Below, in pieces: positions 16,520 to 27,177 of a stretch of DNA of 64,000 bases. The number at the start of each line of letters is the position of its first letter. Position 1 is the first letter of the stretch. Source of the DNA: Ostreococcus lucimarinus. Its lineage: Eukaryota. The notes under the pieces were generated by a model, which was not told where the DNA came from, ran no database searches, and saw only the letters and a list, made by a program, of their open reading frames with translations. The translations under genes were made by a program, and so were the position numbers. The stretch lies in NCBI GenBank assembly GCA_000092065.1, contig CP000583.1. One strand, 5' to 3'.

Positions 16520-19021
16520 CTACGAACGCGAGAGATCGTTTTGGAGCAAGACGGACGAACGCGGCGGCGGCCTTCGAGGCGCGGTGCAACCGGTGACGGC
16601 GCGCGCGAACCAACCGCTCTGCGCGAGCACGGGGCGCGTCTTGGTTTCGTCTTGCTCGGCGAGCAAAGAAATTTGCCACGCGAGTTCGCGATTGGCTTTT
16701 TCTAAGGGTGCGAGCTTGGCTTTGGCGTCGGCGGCGGCGCGCTCGGCCTCTTGCGCGCGACGGTTGACGGCGGCGAGCGACGCCGCGGAACGCTCGCCGA
16801 CGTCCGCCTTGAGCGCGGCGAGTTCGGCGCGGAGACGCTCGACTTCTTCCGCGCTCGCGGTGTCTCGGGCGACGTTAGACGACGGCGCCGATGCGGGCGA
16901 TGCGCGTCGTTCGTCACTCGCCCAAGTTTCGATGCGATCGAACAAACTGTCCAAATCATCTCGCGGCGTCGCCGCGGCGTCGTCGGCGTTTTCGTCCTTC
17001 TCATCGGAGCCCATGAACATGCCCATGAGCATCCCGATACCGGCGCCTTCTTCTTTCGCGCGCGCCGGCGAAGAAGTTGAAGTAGGAATGTCCAGGCGTT
17101 CCATGATGCCGATGAGACGTTTACGCGCATTGCCGTCGTCGCGCGCGACCGGCGGCGCGACGGGTTCTTTTCGCGTCGCGTCGGTTTGCGTGGAGGCCGA
17201 CTTTTTGGAAACTGGACGGGATGGCTCCGGGACGGGTTGCGTCTTGCGCAAAGACTCCATCTCTTCCAAAACACCGAGCTTGGTTCGCGCTTCAGACGCC
17301 GCAGCTTCAGTCGTCTCGAGCGCGCGCTCGAGCCTTTCCGCCTTGGCCGTGACCGCCGTCAGCGCCTCCTTCGTCTCGGCGGCGTCAGCCTGCGTCTCTT
17401 CAACGATGGACACCGCATCCTCTTTCATTTTCTCCGCCTCGTCCGCGTTCGCTCGAAGAACTTTCAACTCGGACTCAAATGTTTCGAGCTTCTCGCGTAA
17501 CTCTTTCTCGGTGACTTGAAATTGCGACTGTACGTGCGCGAATCGTCGCTTTCGCTCTTCGCCCTCTCGTGCGGCTTTTTCGGATTGCGCGCGCGCCTCC
17601 TCCACTTCCTTTTCTGCTAACGCAAGCTTTGTCTCCGCGCGCTGCTGTGCGAGCTCGGCCTTTTCGCGCGCCGCGATGGACGTCGCCGCTTCGCGACCGG
17701 TGGCGTCCATGAGCTGCACCTGCTTACGCAACTCGGCGAGCTCGGCTTCAGCCTTCGTCTTGGCTTTTTCCGCCGCCGCCATCTTCGCGTTCGCGTTCGC
17801 CGCGTTCACGGCGCCGCGAGACACAGCGCCTTCTGCGTCTTCTCTCGCCGCGATGGCGTCCGTCAATTCGTCGCGTAAGCTCGCGATTTCAGATTCCGAC
17901 GCCTTCGCGCGATCGTTCATTTTCGCGAGCTCGTTTCGCAACTCCTTCTCCGTCGTCGTCGCCGCGGCGAGTTGGTCTTCTAACGTCGCGGCGCGCGATT
18001 CAGCCTGCTGAAGCTTTGCCGCTTCTTCACCGGTCGCGGAATCATTTGCGCTCGCCGCTTCGGCGCGCACGCGCTCCAAAACCTCGACGTGTTCTTTCGC
18101 AGCCTTCTCCGCGCTCGCTCGAGACGCCTCCGCCTCGGCGCGGAGATTGTCTCGCTCGACTTTGACGCTTTCGAGATCTTTGCGTATTTTTTCGAGTTCT
18201 TCCGCGTGCGCCGCGCTGGCTACGGGTGAGGCGTCTGATGCGCCGCCACCTCGACCGCCCTTCTTCCCCTTTTTTCCTCGACCGCCGCGACTGCCGGCGT
18301 TTTGTTGCGGCGACGAACTCTCGCTCTTTTCGTTCGCCTCGCGCTCCGCCGTTTGCAGTTTCTCCATCACACTCGCGAGCTCGGCGCGCAGCGCCTCCAC
18401 CTCCTTCACCGCCGCAGATTTCGCATCGTCGATCTCAGCTCTCGCCGTCGCCGTCGCCGCCTCGGCGTCGCGTAACTCCTTCTCCATCTTCGCCGCGTCC
18501 TCGAGCGCGCGCCGCGTCGCCGTCTCCGCGTCTTCCAAATCCGCCTTCAACTTTTCAACCTCCACCATCGCGCTTTCGCCCGTCGTCGTCCCACCCGCGC
18601 CATCCGCCTCCGCCGCCTTCCGTTTCCGCTGTTCCTTCGCCAGCTCCTTCGCCGCCTTGATCGCCGTCTCTCGCATCTTTCCCGCGTCGTCTCGCGCCTC
18701 TCGCAACTGTTCGTCCCGCGCGTTCAACTCTTGTTTCGCGATCGACAACGCCTGTCGCAGCGCGTCGATCTCATCGTTCGTGAACTCGCCCTCGCGCGCG
18801 CCCGCGAACGCATCGCCGTCGCTCAGCGCGCGATCCGCGCCTTCCTCGTCGTCGTCGCCGAGCGCGCGTCGCGCGAACGAATCGAGTTGGTCATCCATGG
18901 CGTCGAGTTTTTCCGTCACCACGCTCGCCGTCTCGCGCAGGCGCGTGCCCAGGCCGTCGAGCCAGGACGTCGCGCGCGCGGGCGCGTCCACCGCGTCGTC
19001 CGCGTCGTCCTCGCGCGACAT
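16520..19021 (-). CDS. long coiled-coil protein, possibly golgin-84-like
   Basis: ~830-aa Ala/Glu/Lys/Arg-rich heptad-repeat protein. N-terminus MSREDDADDAVDAPARATSWLDGLGTRLRETASVVTEKLD resembles the golgin-84 N-terminal SWL.DL..K.E..L...D motif. Start chosen at the internal ATG (~19021). Confidence 0.5.
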   Translation of the reverse strand: MSREDDADDAVDAPARATSWLDGLGTRLRETASVVTEKLDAMDDQLDSFARRALGDDDEEGADRALSDGDAFAGAREGEFTNDEIDALRQALSIAKQELNARDEQLREARDDAGKMRETAIKAAKELAKEQRKRKAAEADGAGGTTTGESAMVEVEKLKADLEDAETATRRALEDAAKMEKELRDAEAATATARAEIDDAKSAAVKEVEALRAELASVMEKLQTAEREANEKSESSSPQQNAGSRGGRGKKGKKGGRGGGASDASPVASAAHAEELEKIRKDLESVKVERDNLRAEAEASRASAEKAAKEHVEVLERVRAEAASANDSATGEEAAKLQQAESRAATLEDQLAAATTTEKELRNELAKMNDRAKASESEIASLRDELTDAIAAREDAEGAVSRGAVNAANANAKMAAAEKAKTKAEAELAELRKQVQLMDATGREAATSIAAREKAELAQQRAETKLALAEKEVEEARAQSEKAAREGEERKRRFAHVQSQFQVTEKELREKLETFESELKVLRANADEAEKMKEDAVSIVEETQADAAETKEALTAVTAKAERLERALETTEAAASEARTKLGVLEEMESLRKTQPVPEPSRPVSKKSASTQTDATRKEPVAPPVARDDGNARKRLIGIMERLDIPTSTSSPARAKEEGAGIGMLMGMFMGSDEKDENADDAAATPRDDLDSLFDRIETWASDERRASPASAPSSNVARDTASAEEVERLRAELAALKADVGERSAASLAAVNRRAQEAERAAADAKAKLAPLEKANRELAWQISLLAEQDETKTRPVLAQSGWFARAVTGCTAPRRPPPRSSVLLQNDLSRS

Positions 19022-19170
19022 CGCGCGCGTCGGCCCCCGATTCTTTCGATTCGATTCGTTTCGTTTCGACGCCGCGCGCGCGTGTGCCGCGCGACGGTCG
19101 CGCGCGTCGCGCCGCACTCTCGCGCGCGCGAACGCGCGACGCGCGAACGCGCGACGCGCGCGCGTCGACG

Positions 19171-20931
19171 ATGGCGCCGCGCGAGGACGGCGCGAAGCGC
19201 TCGTCGTACGTCGCGGACTTGCTCGCCGGAAGCTTTGACGTCATGGACGCTTCGAAAGCGCGCGCGGCGCCGCTGCGTCGAATGGGCGGCGACGGCGGCG
19301 CGAGCGAGCGCGCGGATGATCGCGCGCGCGCGGTGGGAAGAGGAGCGACGCGCGCGGACGCGCGAGACGCGCGCGAGACGCGCGCGGAGGATGATCTCGA
19401 AGCCTTGTTCGGAGGCTCGACGACGACGCGCGAGCGAACGACGACGACGACGACGACGCGGGGCGCGCGCGAGGCGAAGGATGCGTTCGGCGATCTCGAT
19501 GGGATGTTCGCGTCGGCGTCGACGTCGACGCGAGGGGGGGGGGAGAACGCGACGGGCGACCGTCGACGCGCGCCGAGCGCGGCGAGCGCGGATTTCGACG
19601 ATATTTTCGGTGGATTCACGGACGCATCGCGAGCGGGGAGTCAGAGCGTGCCGGTGAAAGCGAGCGGTGCGGCGACGCGCGCGCGCCGTGGCGATGGGGC
19701 GGGGGCGGCGAAGGGAGATTTGTTTGATTTGATGAGCGAGTCGAGTAGCGTGAGCGAGCTCGGGTCGAGACCCGAGTCGCCGAAGAGCGCGGCGAGCGCG
19801 GGGACACAGCGTGGGTTGATGGCGCACGACGCAGATGAAAGTCTCATCGATGGATTGGACGAACTATTGGGTGAAGTTTCTATCGCGACGGCGTCGAAGG
19901 CGACGCGGACGCCGGAGAAGACAGCGTCGGCGTCGTCGTTATCGCGGATGTCTTCCATGTCGCGATCGGCGAGTCTGGCGAACGATATAGGCGATTTAAT
20001 GTCTTCGCCCGAGTCCGACGCATCTGCACCGGTGGGTTTGGCGCGGTTCCGTTCGACGGCCAGCGTGGATTCGCAAAGCTCTCAACCGACTGCGGCGGCG
20101 ACGAAGAAGGCGCCCGACGCCGCCGTCAAGGTTCAAGCGCGCGCTGAGGCGAACACCACGGCTTCTAAGACGTCGATGTCGACGCCGAAACCACAAAAGT
20201 CACCGGCGACGATGCCCGCGGCGGCTTCGTCGACGAAGTCGTCGGTGGAAGATTTGGATGACTTTTTCAACGCTGGCGCCGCGAAAGCGGGCGCGACGCC
20301 AAAGGCGCCGACGTCATCCATCGATCCTATAGAAGCCATGTTCGCGATTCCTGATTCCGCAGTCGGTGTAAGTTCAGCTGTTCCCGCGAACGGTGTCGTG
20401 GACGATCTTTTCGGGGCGATGGACACTCGAGTGATGTCGCAGAAATCAACCGCGGCGAGCGCGTTCGAGTACGCCCCCGAGGAAGAAGTCGATCCGAACG
20501 AGCCGCCCGAACGAGCCGCCCTACGCAAGGCCCGACACGATCGAAACAGAGTACGAATAGAGACCGCGCTGAAAGAAAAGCGCGCGAGAGAGAGCGCGGC
20601 GAGACAAGAGCAAGCCGAGCGTCAAATGCTCAAGGATCTCATCGGCGCTGACATCGACGCGTGGCAAAAGAAGAACCAAAACAACATTCGCACCATGCTC
20701 GCCAACCTCGGAGACGTCTTGTGGGACGGTCACAGGTACAAGAGTCCCGATATGGGGTCTTTGATGCAACCGATCGGGGTGAAGAAGTCTTACCACAAAG
20801 CTTTAGTCATCATCCATCCCGACAAAGTCTCGCAAGCGGGCGGCGACATGTCGCAGCGATACATCGCCGACAAAGTCTTCGACATCATCAAGGTGGCGTA
20901 CAAGGAATTCGAAGCCAAAGAACTGAAATGA
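19171..20931 (+). CDS. auxilin-like protein with C-terminal J domain
   Basis: ATG at 19171. Low-complexity Ser/Ala/Thr-rich body. C-terminal J domain with HPD motif (SYHKALVIIHPDKVSQAG...YIADKVFDIIKVAYKEFEA) in the auxilin/GAK arrangement (J domain at the extreme C-terminus). Confidence 0.7.
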   Translation: MAPREDGAKRSSYVADLLAGSFDVMDASKARAAPLRRMGGDGGASERADDRARAVGRGATRADARDARETRAEDDLEALFGGSTTTRERTTTTTTTRGAREAKDAFGDLDGMFASASTSTRGGGENATGDRRRAPSAASADFDDIFGGFTDASRAGSQSVPVKASGAATRARRGDGAGAAKGDLFDLMSESSSVSELGSRPESPKSAASAGTQRGLMAHDADESLIDGLDELLGEVSIATASKATRTPEKTASASSLSRMSSMSRSASLANDIGDLMSSPESDASAPVGLARFRSTASVDSQSSQPTAAATKKAPDAAVKVQARAEANTTASKTSMSTPKPQKSPATMPAAASSTKSSVEDLDDFFNAGAAKAGATPKAPTSSIDPIEAMFAIPDSAVGVSSAVPANGVVDDLFGAMDTRVMSQKSTAASAFEYAPEEEVDPNEPPERAALRKARHDRNRVRIETALKEKRARESAARQEQAERQMLKDLIGADIDAWQKKNQNNIRTMLANLGDVLWDGHRYKSPDMGSLMQPIGVKKSYHKALVIIHPDKVSQAGGDMSQRYIADKVFDIIKVAYKEFEAKELK

Positions 20932-21076
20932 TCGCTTCCTGCGTTCGCGCGTTTCACTAGATTAGCGGCGCATCGTTTAACAACCACCGTCAAACATCGC
21001 CGAGATCTTTCCCCGTCGCCTCCCCCGTCGCCCCGTAACGACCATTGGTCTCGACATCGCGCCTCGCGCGTGACGC

Positions 21077-22129
21077 ATGACGTTGCGACTCGTGCTCTTG
21101 GTCCCGTTCAGGGAGGACGCGACGCGAACGCGCGCCGCGCAATTGCGTCAACTCATCGAGCGCTTCGTCGCCGTCTTCGACGACCCGAGCCGCCCCGCGC
21201 TCGTCGTCGTCTGCGAACAGAGCGACGACGGGTGTCGATTCAACCGCGGTCAGTGCTTGAACGCGGCGTACGCGATCGCGACGTCGACGTTCAGCGAGCG
21301 CATCGATCGATGCGGCACGCATTTCGCGTGCCACGACGTCGACATGGCGCCCGAGGCGGCGACGAAGACGGCGTACTTTGTCGAGGACGACGCGCGCGAC
21401 GGCGCCGGATTCGTTCGCGTGTTGCAAGCGAGCGGGTGTCGGTACGACGCCGAGAAATGCTTCGGTGGCGTGACGATTTACGACGTGACGGCGTTTGAGC
21501 GCACGAATGGGTACCCGAACGGATTTTACGGGTGGGGAGGCGAGGATCACGCGGCGTTTTTGCGGGCAGCGGAAGCGGGCGTGCGAGTGGAGCGTCGCTC
21601 GGGCGCCGCGTTTGATGATTTAGAGAAAGACGTGGAGACGGTGGCGAAGAAACTATCCGTGCTCGACGCACACGATGCTCGAATAAACGCCAAGGAGAAG
21701 GAGCGTCTACTGAAACGAAACGCAAAGTTTTGGCGCGAAGACGGCTTGAATTCGTGCGCATTCGACGTCGTCGAGAAAAGCGTGCTGCGCGAATCGCCGG
21801 CGTTGACGTGCGTGCAGTTCAAGGTTGAGTTGAAATGCGCGCGACCTGGGTACATCAAGTGCTTCACGTGCGCGACGTGGCTTCCAGAACCTGAGTATTC
21901 GGGCAAAGCGCTCGCCGCGGTGCGATGGAGCGAGAAAACGGGCACCAAGCACGAACGATCGTGCACGTCGTGTACGGCGAATTTGCCGAAGCAAATCGAA
22001 ACGGAGGCGCAAAAAGCTTTCAATCAGAGCAATTTCGAGCAGAGGCTGACGTGTGCGGAGTGTGCGACGTTGTTTGCGAGCCGCACGTCGTTGTTCAAAC
22101 ATCTCAAATCGTCGCCGTGCGGAAACTAG
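21077..22129 (+). CDS. GT7-like beta-1,4-galactosyltransferase catalytic domain fused to C-terminal Cys/His zinc-finger-like motifs
   Basis: LVLLVPFRED...FNRGQCLNAAY...CHDVDM...FGGVTIYDVTAFERTNGYPNGFYGWGGEDHAAFLR parallels B4GALT (FNRAKLLNVG...DLIPMNDHN...[35 protein letters not shown]). C-terminus has CFTCATW...CTSC and CAECATLFASRTSLFKHLKSSPC (C2H2/C2HC-like). No N-terminal TM anchor. Confidence 0.6.
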   Translation: MTLRLVLLVPFREDATRTRAAQLRQLIERFVAVFDDPSRPALVVVCEQSDDGCRFNRGQCLNAAYAIATSTFSERIDRCGTHFACHDVDMAPEAATKTAYFVEDDARDGAGFVRVLQASGCRYDAEKCFGGVTIYDVTAFERTNGYPNGFYGWGGEDHAAFLRAAEAGVRVERRSGAAFDDLEKDVETVAKKLSVLDAHDARINAKEKERLLKRNAKFWREDGLNSCAFDVVEKSVLRESPALTCVQFKVELKCARPGYIKCFTCATWLPEPEYSGKALAAVRWSEKTGTKHERSCTSCTANLPKQIETEAQKAFNQSNFEQRLTCAECATLFASRTSLFKHLKSSPCGN

Positions 22130-22201
22130 TGAAGCGCACGCGTTAGCGCGTTCGCGTTACGCATTAGATCTAGAATTGTTGTACATTTTACATAGCGCAA
22201 G

Positions 22202-23548
22202 TTAATCAAATACGACCTTTTTACCCTCGGGCTTGACACCGCCGCCGCCCCAGGCCTGTTGATCAGCCTTCAGCTTAGCTGCCCACGATGGGTGCAGCGG
22301 TCCCTCCGGAACCTTGGGCGCGTATTGCTGCTTCTTCGAAACTATCGGCGTTTTCTTCGCACCATCGTCATCGCCGAACTTGACCTTCTTACCCTTTGCA
22401 CCAGCGATTATGATGGGTGCTTGCTTACGTTTCGCTTTCCAAGACGGGTGCATATTTCTTTCCTCTTCCTCCTTCGCCCTACGCTCGGCTGCAGCTTTTT
22501 CGCGTTCGGCGATGATGTGCGCGGCGTTTGAGCCAAACTTAGCCTCCGCGATTTGACGACGCTTGCGCTGCCCCATGCGCTTTTTCACTTTTTTCTTCTT
22601 TGGTCCTAGATCTACATCCTCGACATCGTCCCCGTCCTTCGCCGATTTCGCCTGCTTTTTCGACTTTTTCGCCGCCGCCTTCGCCGCGTAAAGCTCCGCC
22701 AACGTATCCTCGCTCAAACTCGCATAGCCATCTTCACCGACGTCGGATTCGAATTCAGAATCCGATTTGGATGCACTATCCTCGTTGTCAGCATCGCGGC
22801 GAGACGTGGGCTTCGCGTGCACGACCTCCTCTTCCTCGCTCGACGACACCTCCTCTCCCGCCGCTCGCCGTTTCGCCTTTTCCTCCGCTTTGACGATGGC
22901 CAACTCGCGCTTCTGCCGTCGCTCCTGCTTCTCACGCGTCCACTCTTCGCGTTTTTGCTTCCCAACCACCGCACGATTCATTCGACCCGCGATCGCCAAC
23001 AATCGTTCCTTCAGCGCATCCGTCTCCGCGCGCGTCGCCTGCGCTCGCAACAACCGCCTCGCCGCGCTCACGTATTCATTCTCCCCGACGACTTCCTTCC
23101 CTTCGCTCTCGCTCGCTTTTGCGCTCGCGGCGTCGTCGCAAATAGCGCGTAACACGTCTTGACTGTCGAAGCCGTCGCCCAAGTCCACGGCGTGCGTCGC
23201 GCGGACGGCGTTCGCGTCGCCATCCGCCGCCACCTCGCGAAATGCCAACTCGAGCGACTCTTCCACTCTCTGCGCGCACGCCGACGCGCATTGCCGAGCC
23301 AAGACGTCGATATCGACGTTACGCGTCGCGTGCAACGCGCGCTTGAGCTTATCGGCGTCCTCGGGCGCCTTGAGACGCCGGCGGAGCTTGGCTTCGTCAA
23401 AGGTTTTGGCCTTCTTCAACGCGCGTCTGAGGAGCGAGGCGCCGTGGTGGGTCTTCTTGCGCAGCTCCTCGAGCACGGTGTCGCGCGCCGTGAAGTCTCG
23501 AGCGTGACGCTTTTTGGCCCACTTGGGCCAATTTCCAGCGGGAGGCAT
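22202..23548 (-). CDS. BUD22/SRFBP1-like nucleolar protein
   Basis: Highly charged K/E-rich protein ending with the Bud22-type HPSW motifs (NMHPSWKAKRK, PLHPSWAAKLK). Start placed at MPPAGNWPKWAKK (~23548), downstream of the upstream gene's stop at 23616. Confidence 0.5.
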   Translation of the reverse strand: MPPAGNWPKWAKKRHARDFTARDTVLEELRKKTHHGASLLRRALKKAKTFDEAKLRRRLKAPEDADKLKRALHATRNVDIDVLARQCASACAQRVEESLELAFREVAADGDANAVRATHAVDLGDGFDSQDVLRAICDDAASAKASESEGKEVVGENEYVSAARRLLRAQATRAETDALKERLLAIAGRMNRAVVGKQKREEWTREKQERRQKRELAIVKAEEKAKRRAAGEEVSSSEEEEVVHAKPTSRRDADNEDSASKSDSEFESDVGEDGYASLSEDTLAELYAAKAAAKKSKKQAKSAKDGDDVEDVDLGPKKKKVKKRMGQRKRRQIAEAKFGSNAAHIIAEREKAAAERRAKEEEERNMHPSWKAKRKQAPIIIAGAKGKKVKFGDDDGAKKTPIVSKKQQYAPKVPEGPLHPSWAAKLKADQQAWGGGGVKPEGKKVVFD

Positions 23549-23615
23549 GAAAGGTGCGCGTGTACTTGTGACGCCGCTCGGCGTCGCGCTGCTACTAAAA
23601 ATTCTAAAATCGCAT

Positions 23616-26600
23616 CTAAAACCACCGACGTTCGGATTGCTTACGAATCTCGCGAGCGAGCGAGGCGAAATCCGCCGCGTCATTTTCGAGCGAGGCTGAT
23701 TTATCTTGAAGCCTGCTAAGTTTCTCTCCACGCTCGACGAGCATGTCTTTTGTTTCGTTCATTTGCGAAGTAACTTCTCGTCCATACTTGGCTCGGACTG
23801 AAGACGCGCTCCGACGCACAGGCGCGATGGCTGGCGTGGACGACGATGTCGCGAACAACTCATCGCGCTCTGCAGATTCTGTCGTCCTTTCGACCGGCGC
23901 GGGATCCTCTATGCGAGCATCTGCGAATAAGACAGCCAGGTCCGTCGTCGTGTACATCTTGCGCGTCGCTGGCGACGACGATGAGTCACGTGGTGACTGC
24001 GCGAACTTTTCTTCCAGCTTTTCAAACGCCGCCTTTGCGCGATGTCGTAGCGCTTCACTCATCGTCAGCGCTTTGGTCTTCATGGGTGTCGTCGACGCTG
24101 ACGATACTTCTCGTCGAGGTGACTTGGTTTGCTGCGCGAGTTCGGGATCGTCTTCTTCCATGGCGTGTCGCGCCGCTCGCGCGGCTTCCGCGGCGCTCTC
24201 GACTTCGAGATCGATGATACAACCTTGCGCGGGAAAGCTGTCACCAAATGCTTCGAGTCGAGCGATAGACAAGCCGTCATCTGCGACGACGACGACGGCG
24301 CCGCCTCGAGAGCAACACGTCGCGTTGGCGTTGGACAACGCCGGCACCGGACCAAATACGCCGCGCATTTGCAGGGACGGCGACGCGTACGCCACCATTC
24401 TCCCAAACTCCGTCAAGGCGACGATGTGAGAACGTTTCCGTCCGTGACCGAACGCACATTCGTTTTCGCTACCGTCATCTCGAACGGCGAACGCACCGAT
24501 GAGCGGCTCGTCGAGGTGTTCTTTTCGCAACGTAAATCGCTCTCCTCGAGAGCAGCCGACTGCGTGGTATACGCGCATCGAATCTTTCGCCACAGTAACG
24601 ACAATGGCGGTCAGCTTTGGGTTTCCCTTAATGACGTCGTCGCTGTCGACACGGTCTTCCTCGTCCGTCGACAGCACTTTGTCTTCGTCGTCTGACGCAG
24701 ACGCGTCGTCCACAGTCCACTCCGACGCGAGAAATTGATAAGCAAACGATGTCGGCGGTGTGAACCAACTTTTGGCGACGGGCGCTGGTGGAATTATATC
24801 TGACGCCGTACCATCGAGCCGAAGGAGCGAGATTGCAAGCGCCACGTCTTCTGCCGCTGACTTCGGGGTCATAGTCTTCCCAATCTGCGAACCGGTCGAA
24901 AGCGCGTGGAAACGAACGCTACAGTTTGATTCTAGAACCGCCAGGACGCACTCATCCGGAGCGTCTGGAAGCGGTAACCCAAAGTCGAAATCCGCCACGG
25001 CCGATGGCTTTCCTTCGGCAGAAGTAGGTAACGACACCGTCCACATTTTCGTTCCTCGTTGAAGATTGAGTAAGGACACACACCCTGCGACGTCGCCGAC
25101 GGCGAGGAGTGTCGCCGCGGCGTTCGTTCGAACGCACGATATGGCTTTGCCAGCCGAGCTAAATCTACCGATGAGTGTGTATACCGAAGTCATACACGCC
25201 GCTGCGGAATCCGTATCGACAAAGTCGCGAGATTCACCGGCGAAAAATGCACGCTCCTCGTCAACGTTTTCGGCGTCGCTCTTGTTTAAGTTGCGCGCGT
25301 GCGTACGTACTCGCGAAGTCGCTTCGGCACCGTCGGCTGGATACTCGCGCAACGCGTATATTTCAAGGTTTCCACTCACCCGACCGACGATCAGCAAAGC
25401 ACCACCGGCGTCGACGTGCAGTCTCGTGATCGAGTCGCCGTTCGGCGCGATCGCGCCACCAGACATCAATCGTCCGTCGCGATCGATGTAGATTTTCACT
25501 CCAGAACCGTCTCTGCCGAACGCGCCGACGACGATGCGCGCACGCAGCGCGGATGAAGGCGATGTCGTGTCATCGACTACGTCGCATCCACCGCTGATTG
25601 GCCATTTCGACCCTTTCCAAGCGAACGACGCGTCTACTTCATTTTCTGGAACCGCGACGCGTTTGGCGTTCTGCTCAAATGCCCGCGCGACGTCGCGCGA
25701 CGTCGCGCAGATACTCGGCGCGCACGTCTTCGAAAGTGTCGGTCGCATCACCATTACTTCCTGCGGGCGCGCGATGTCGTCGCTCGAAACTCCGTAACGC
25801 ACGTCGTGTAGGTGTAGCTGCGAGCCTTCGGACAGAACGCAAATCGATTCCACAGTGTCGCGATATGGCACCAACGTCGCGTCGAGCACTGGACCGAACC
25901 AAGGCAGCGCAATCGCACCCGCGCTTTCGATTCGAAACTCCCCGTCACATCGCGTCGCTCGCAAACAAATCACGGGATCTGGACACGCGATTGGCTCGCC
26001 GCCGACGCACGCGAACCACGTGGCGACGTCGCGAGCCGCGTCGTCGTCTTCGCTCACGTACGTCTTCAACGCGCGAATGGGTGTCAGCGCGCCCTTGTAC
26101 GACGGATTAATCAAAACGTGCGGCACGATGCACTGCTTTTCAACGATTTCCTCCGTCATCACCGTACCCGCGCGCACTTTCCACACTCTCACGCGCCCGT
26201 CGCTGTACCCCGCGACGACGCATTCGGCGTCGAGCCACTCGGCGCACGTCAAAGACGCGTCCGTCGCCTCCGTCTCGTCCACAGCGTCGCCTCGCGGCGA
26301 CGTCACCGCCACCGACCGTTGTTCGTGCAAGTGCCACAGCGCGAGCGCCCCGTCCGACCACGCGATGAGCATCATCGCTCGCTCGTCTCTTCCCGGTCGC
26401 GCGCGCACCGCCGCCACGGCGTTTCGCGTCGGCAAAACGCGCGACAACGCCCGCGACGCCGACACCCTGTACCCGCGCCTTCTCGCCACCGTGGTCTCTC
26501 CTCGCGCGTTCACTCCCAACGCGTGCACGCACACGTCCCCCCTCACCGTTCCCGTGACGAAGAAATTCGTCCCTCGCATCGCCTCGCTCGCGCAGCTCGG

Positions 26601-27065
26601 CTCGTCGTCGCCCGCGTCTAAATTTTCGCTCGCCAGCGACCTTCGCTCGCGCCCGTCCCACACCTCGACGTCGCCGTCTCGTCCGCATCGATACACGCGC
26701 GACGGCGCGACGTACTCTCCTCGCACCGCCTCCGACGAGCCTCCCGACGCCGACGCGAACAAGCACTCCGTCCCGCGCGCGCCGAACGCCTTCACGCCGT
26801 GTTCGCTCGCCGCGAACAGCGCGTGTTGGTCCCTCGCGTACGACACCGCGGACGTCGTGGCGTCGAATCCGTAGTGCGCCACCAAGCGCGGCGACGCTCG
26901 CGCGTCCTCGTCGCGCGCGTCCTCGTCGTCATCGCTCGCGCGCGCGCCGTCCAAGTCGATTCGAAGCGGCACGCGCGCGTACGCCTCGTCGCGCGTCTCG
27001 ACCGTCGCGCGCGCCTTCGCGGTGACGCGCGCGTCTTTCACCGCGCGCTTCGCCCGTCGAAGCAT
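23616..27065 (-). CDS. Lgl/tomosyn (STXBP5)-family WD40 protein with C-terminal R-SNARE-like motif
   Basis: 1149 aa. WD40-like repeats (WSDGALALW, YSDGRVRVWKV). The extreme C-terminus SQMNETKDMLVERGEKLSRLQDKSASLENDAADFASLAREIRKQSERRWF is a synaptobrevin-like coiled-coil, as in tomosyn. Confidence 0.7.
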   Translation of the reverse strand: MLRRAKRAVKDARVTAKARATVETRDEAYARVPLRIDLDGARASDDDEDARDEDARASPRLVAHYGFDATTSAVSYARDQHALFAASEHGVKAFGARGTECLFASASGGSSEAVRGEYVAPSRVYRCGRDGDVEVWDGRERRSLASENLDAGDDEPSCASEAMRGTNFFVTGTVRGDVCVHALGVNARGETTVARRRGYRVSASRALSRVLPTRNAVAAVRARPGRDERAMMLIAWSDGALALWHLHEQRSVAVTSPRGDAVDETEATDASLTCAEWLDAECVVAGYSDGRVRVWKVRAGTVMTEEIVEKQCIVPHVLINPSYKGALTPIRALKTYVSEDDDAARDVATWFACVGGEPIACPDPVICLRATRCDGEFRIESAGAIALPWFGPVLDATLVPYRDTVESICVLSEGSQLHLHDVRYGVSSDDIARPQEVMVMRPTLSKTCAPSICATSRDVARAFEQNAKRVAVPENEVDASFAWKGSKWPISGGCDVVDDTTSPSSALRARIVVGAFGRDGSGVKIYIDRDGRLMSGGAIAPNGDSITRLHVDAGGALLIVGRVSGNLEIYALREYPADGAEATSRVRTHARNLNKSDAENVDEERAFFAGESRDFVDTDSAAACMTSVYTLIGRFSSAGKAISCVRTNAAATLLAVGDVAGCVSLLNLQRGTKMWTVSLPTSAEGKPSAVADFDFGLPLPDAPDECVLAVLESNCSVRFHALSTGSQIGKTMTPKSAAEDVALAISLLRLDGTASDIIPPAPVAKSWFTPPTSFAYQFLASEWTVDDASASDDEDKVLSTDEEDRVDSDDVIKGNPKLTAIVVTVAKDSMRVYHAVGCSRGERFTLRKEHLDEPLIGAFAVRDDGSENECAFGHGRKRSHIVALTEFGRMVAYASPSLQMRGVFGPVPALSNANATCCSRGGAVVVVADDGLSIARLEAFGDSFPAQGCIIDLEVESAAEAARAARHAMEEDDPELAQQTKSPRREVSSASTTPMKTKALTMSEALRHRAKAAFEKLEEKFAQSPRDSSSSPATRKMYTTTDLAVLFADARIEDPAPVERTTESAERDELFATSSSTPAIAPVRRSASSVRAKYGREVTSQMNETKDMLVERGEKLSRLQDKSASLENDAADFASLAREIRKQSERRWF

Positions 27066-27177
27066 CGCGCGTTTCAGCGCCGCGAATTCGCGTCCGAGGC
27101 GGGCTCGTTTTGGCGCTTCGCGGCGGTTACGACGTCGCGGCGGCGCGGTGATGTTACAACGCCTCCGTCTCCTCGCG

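Noticed and set aside
20990-21550. 186-aa minus-strand ORF
   Set aside because: Antisense to the GT7-like gene, whose plus strand carries conserved beta4GalT motifs.
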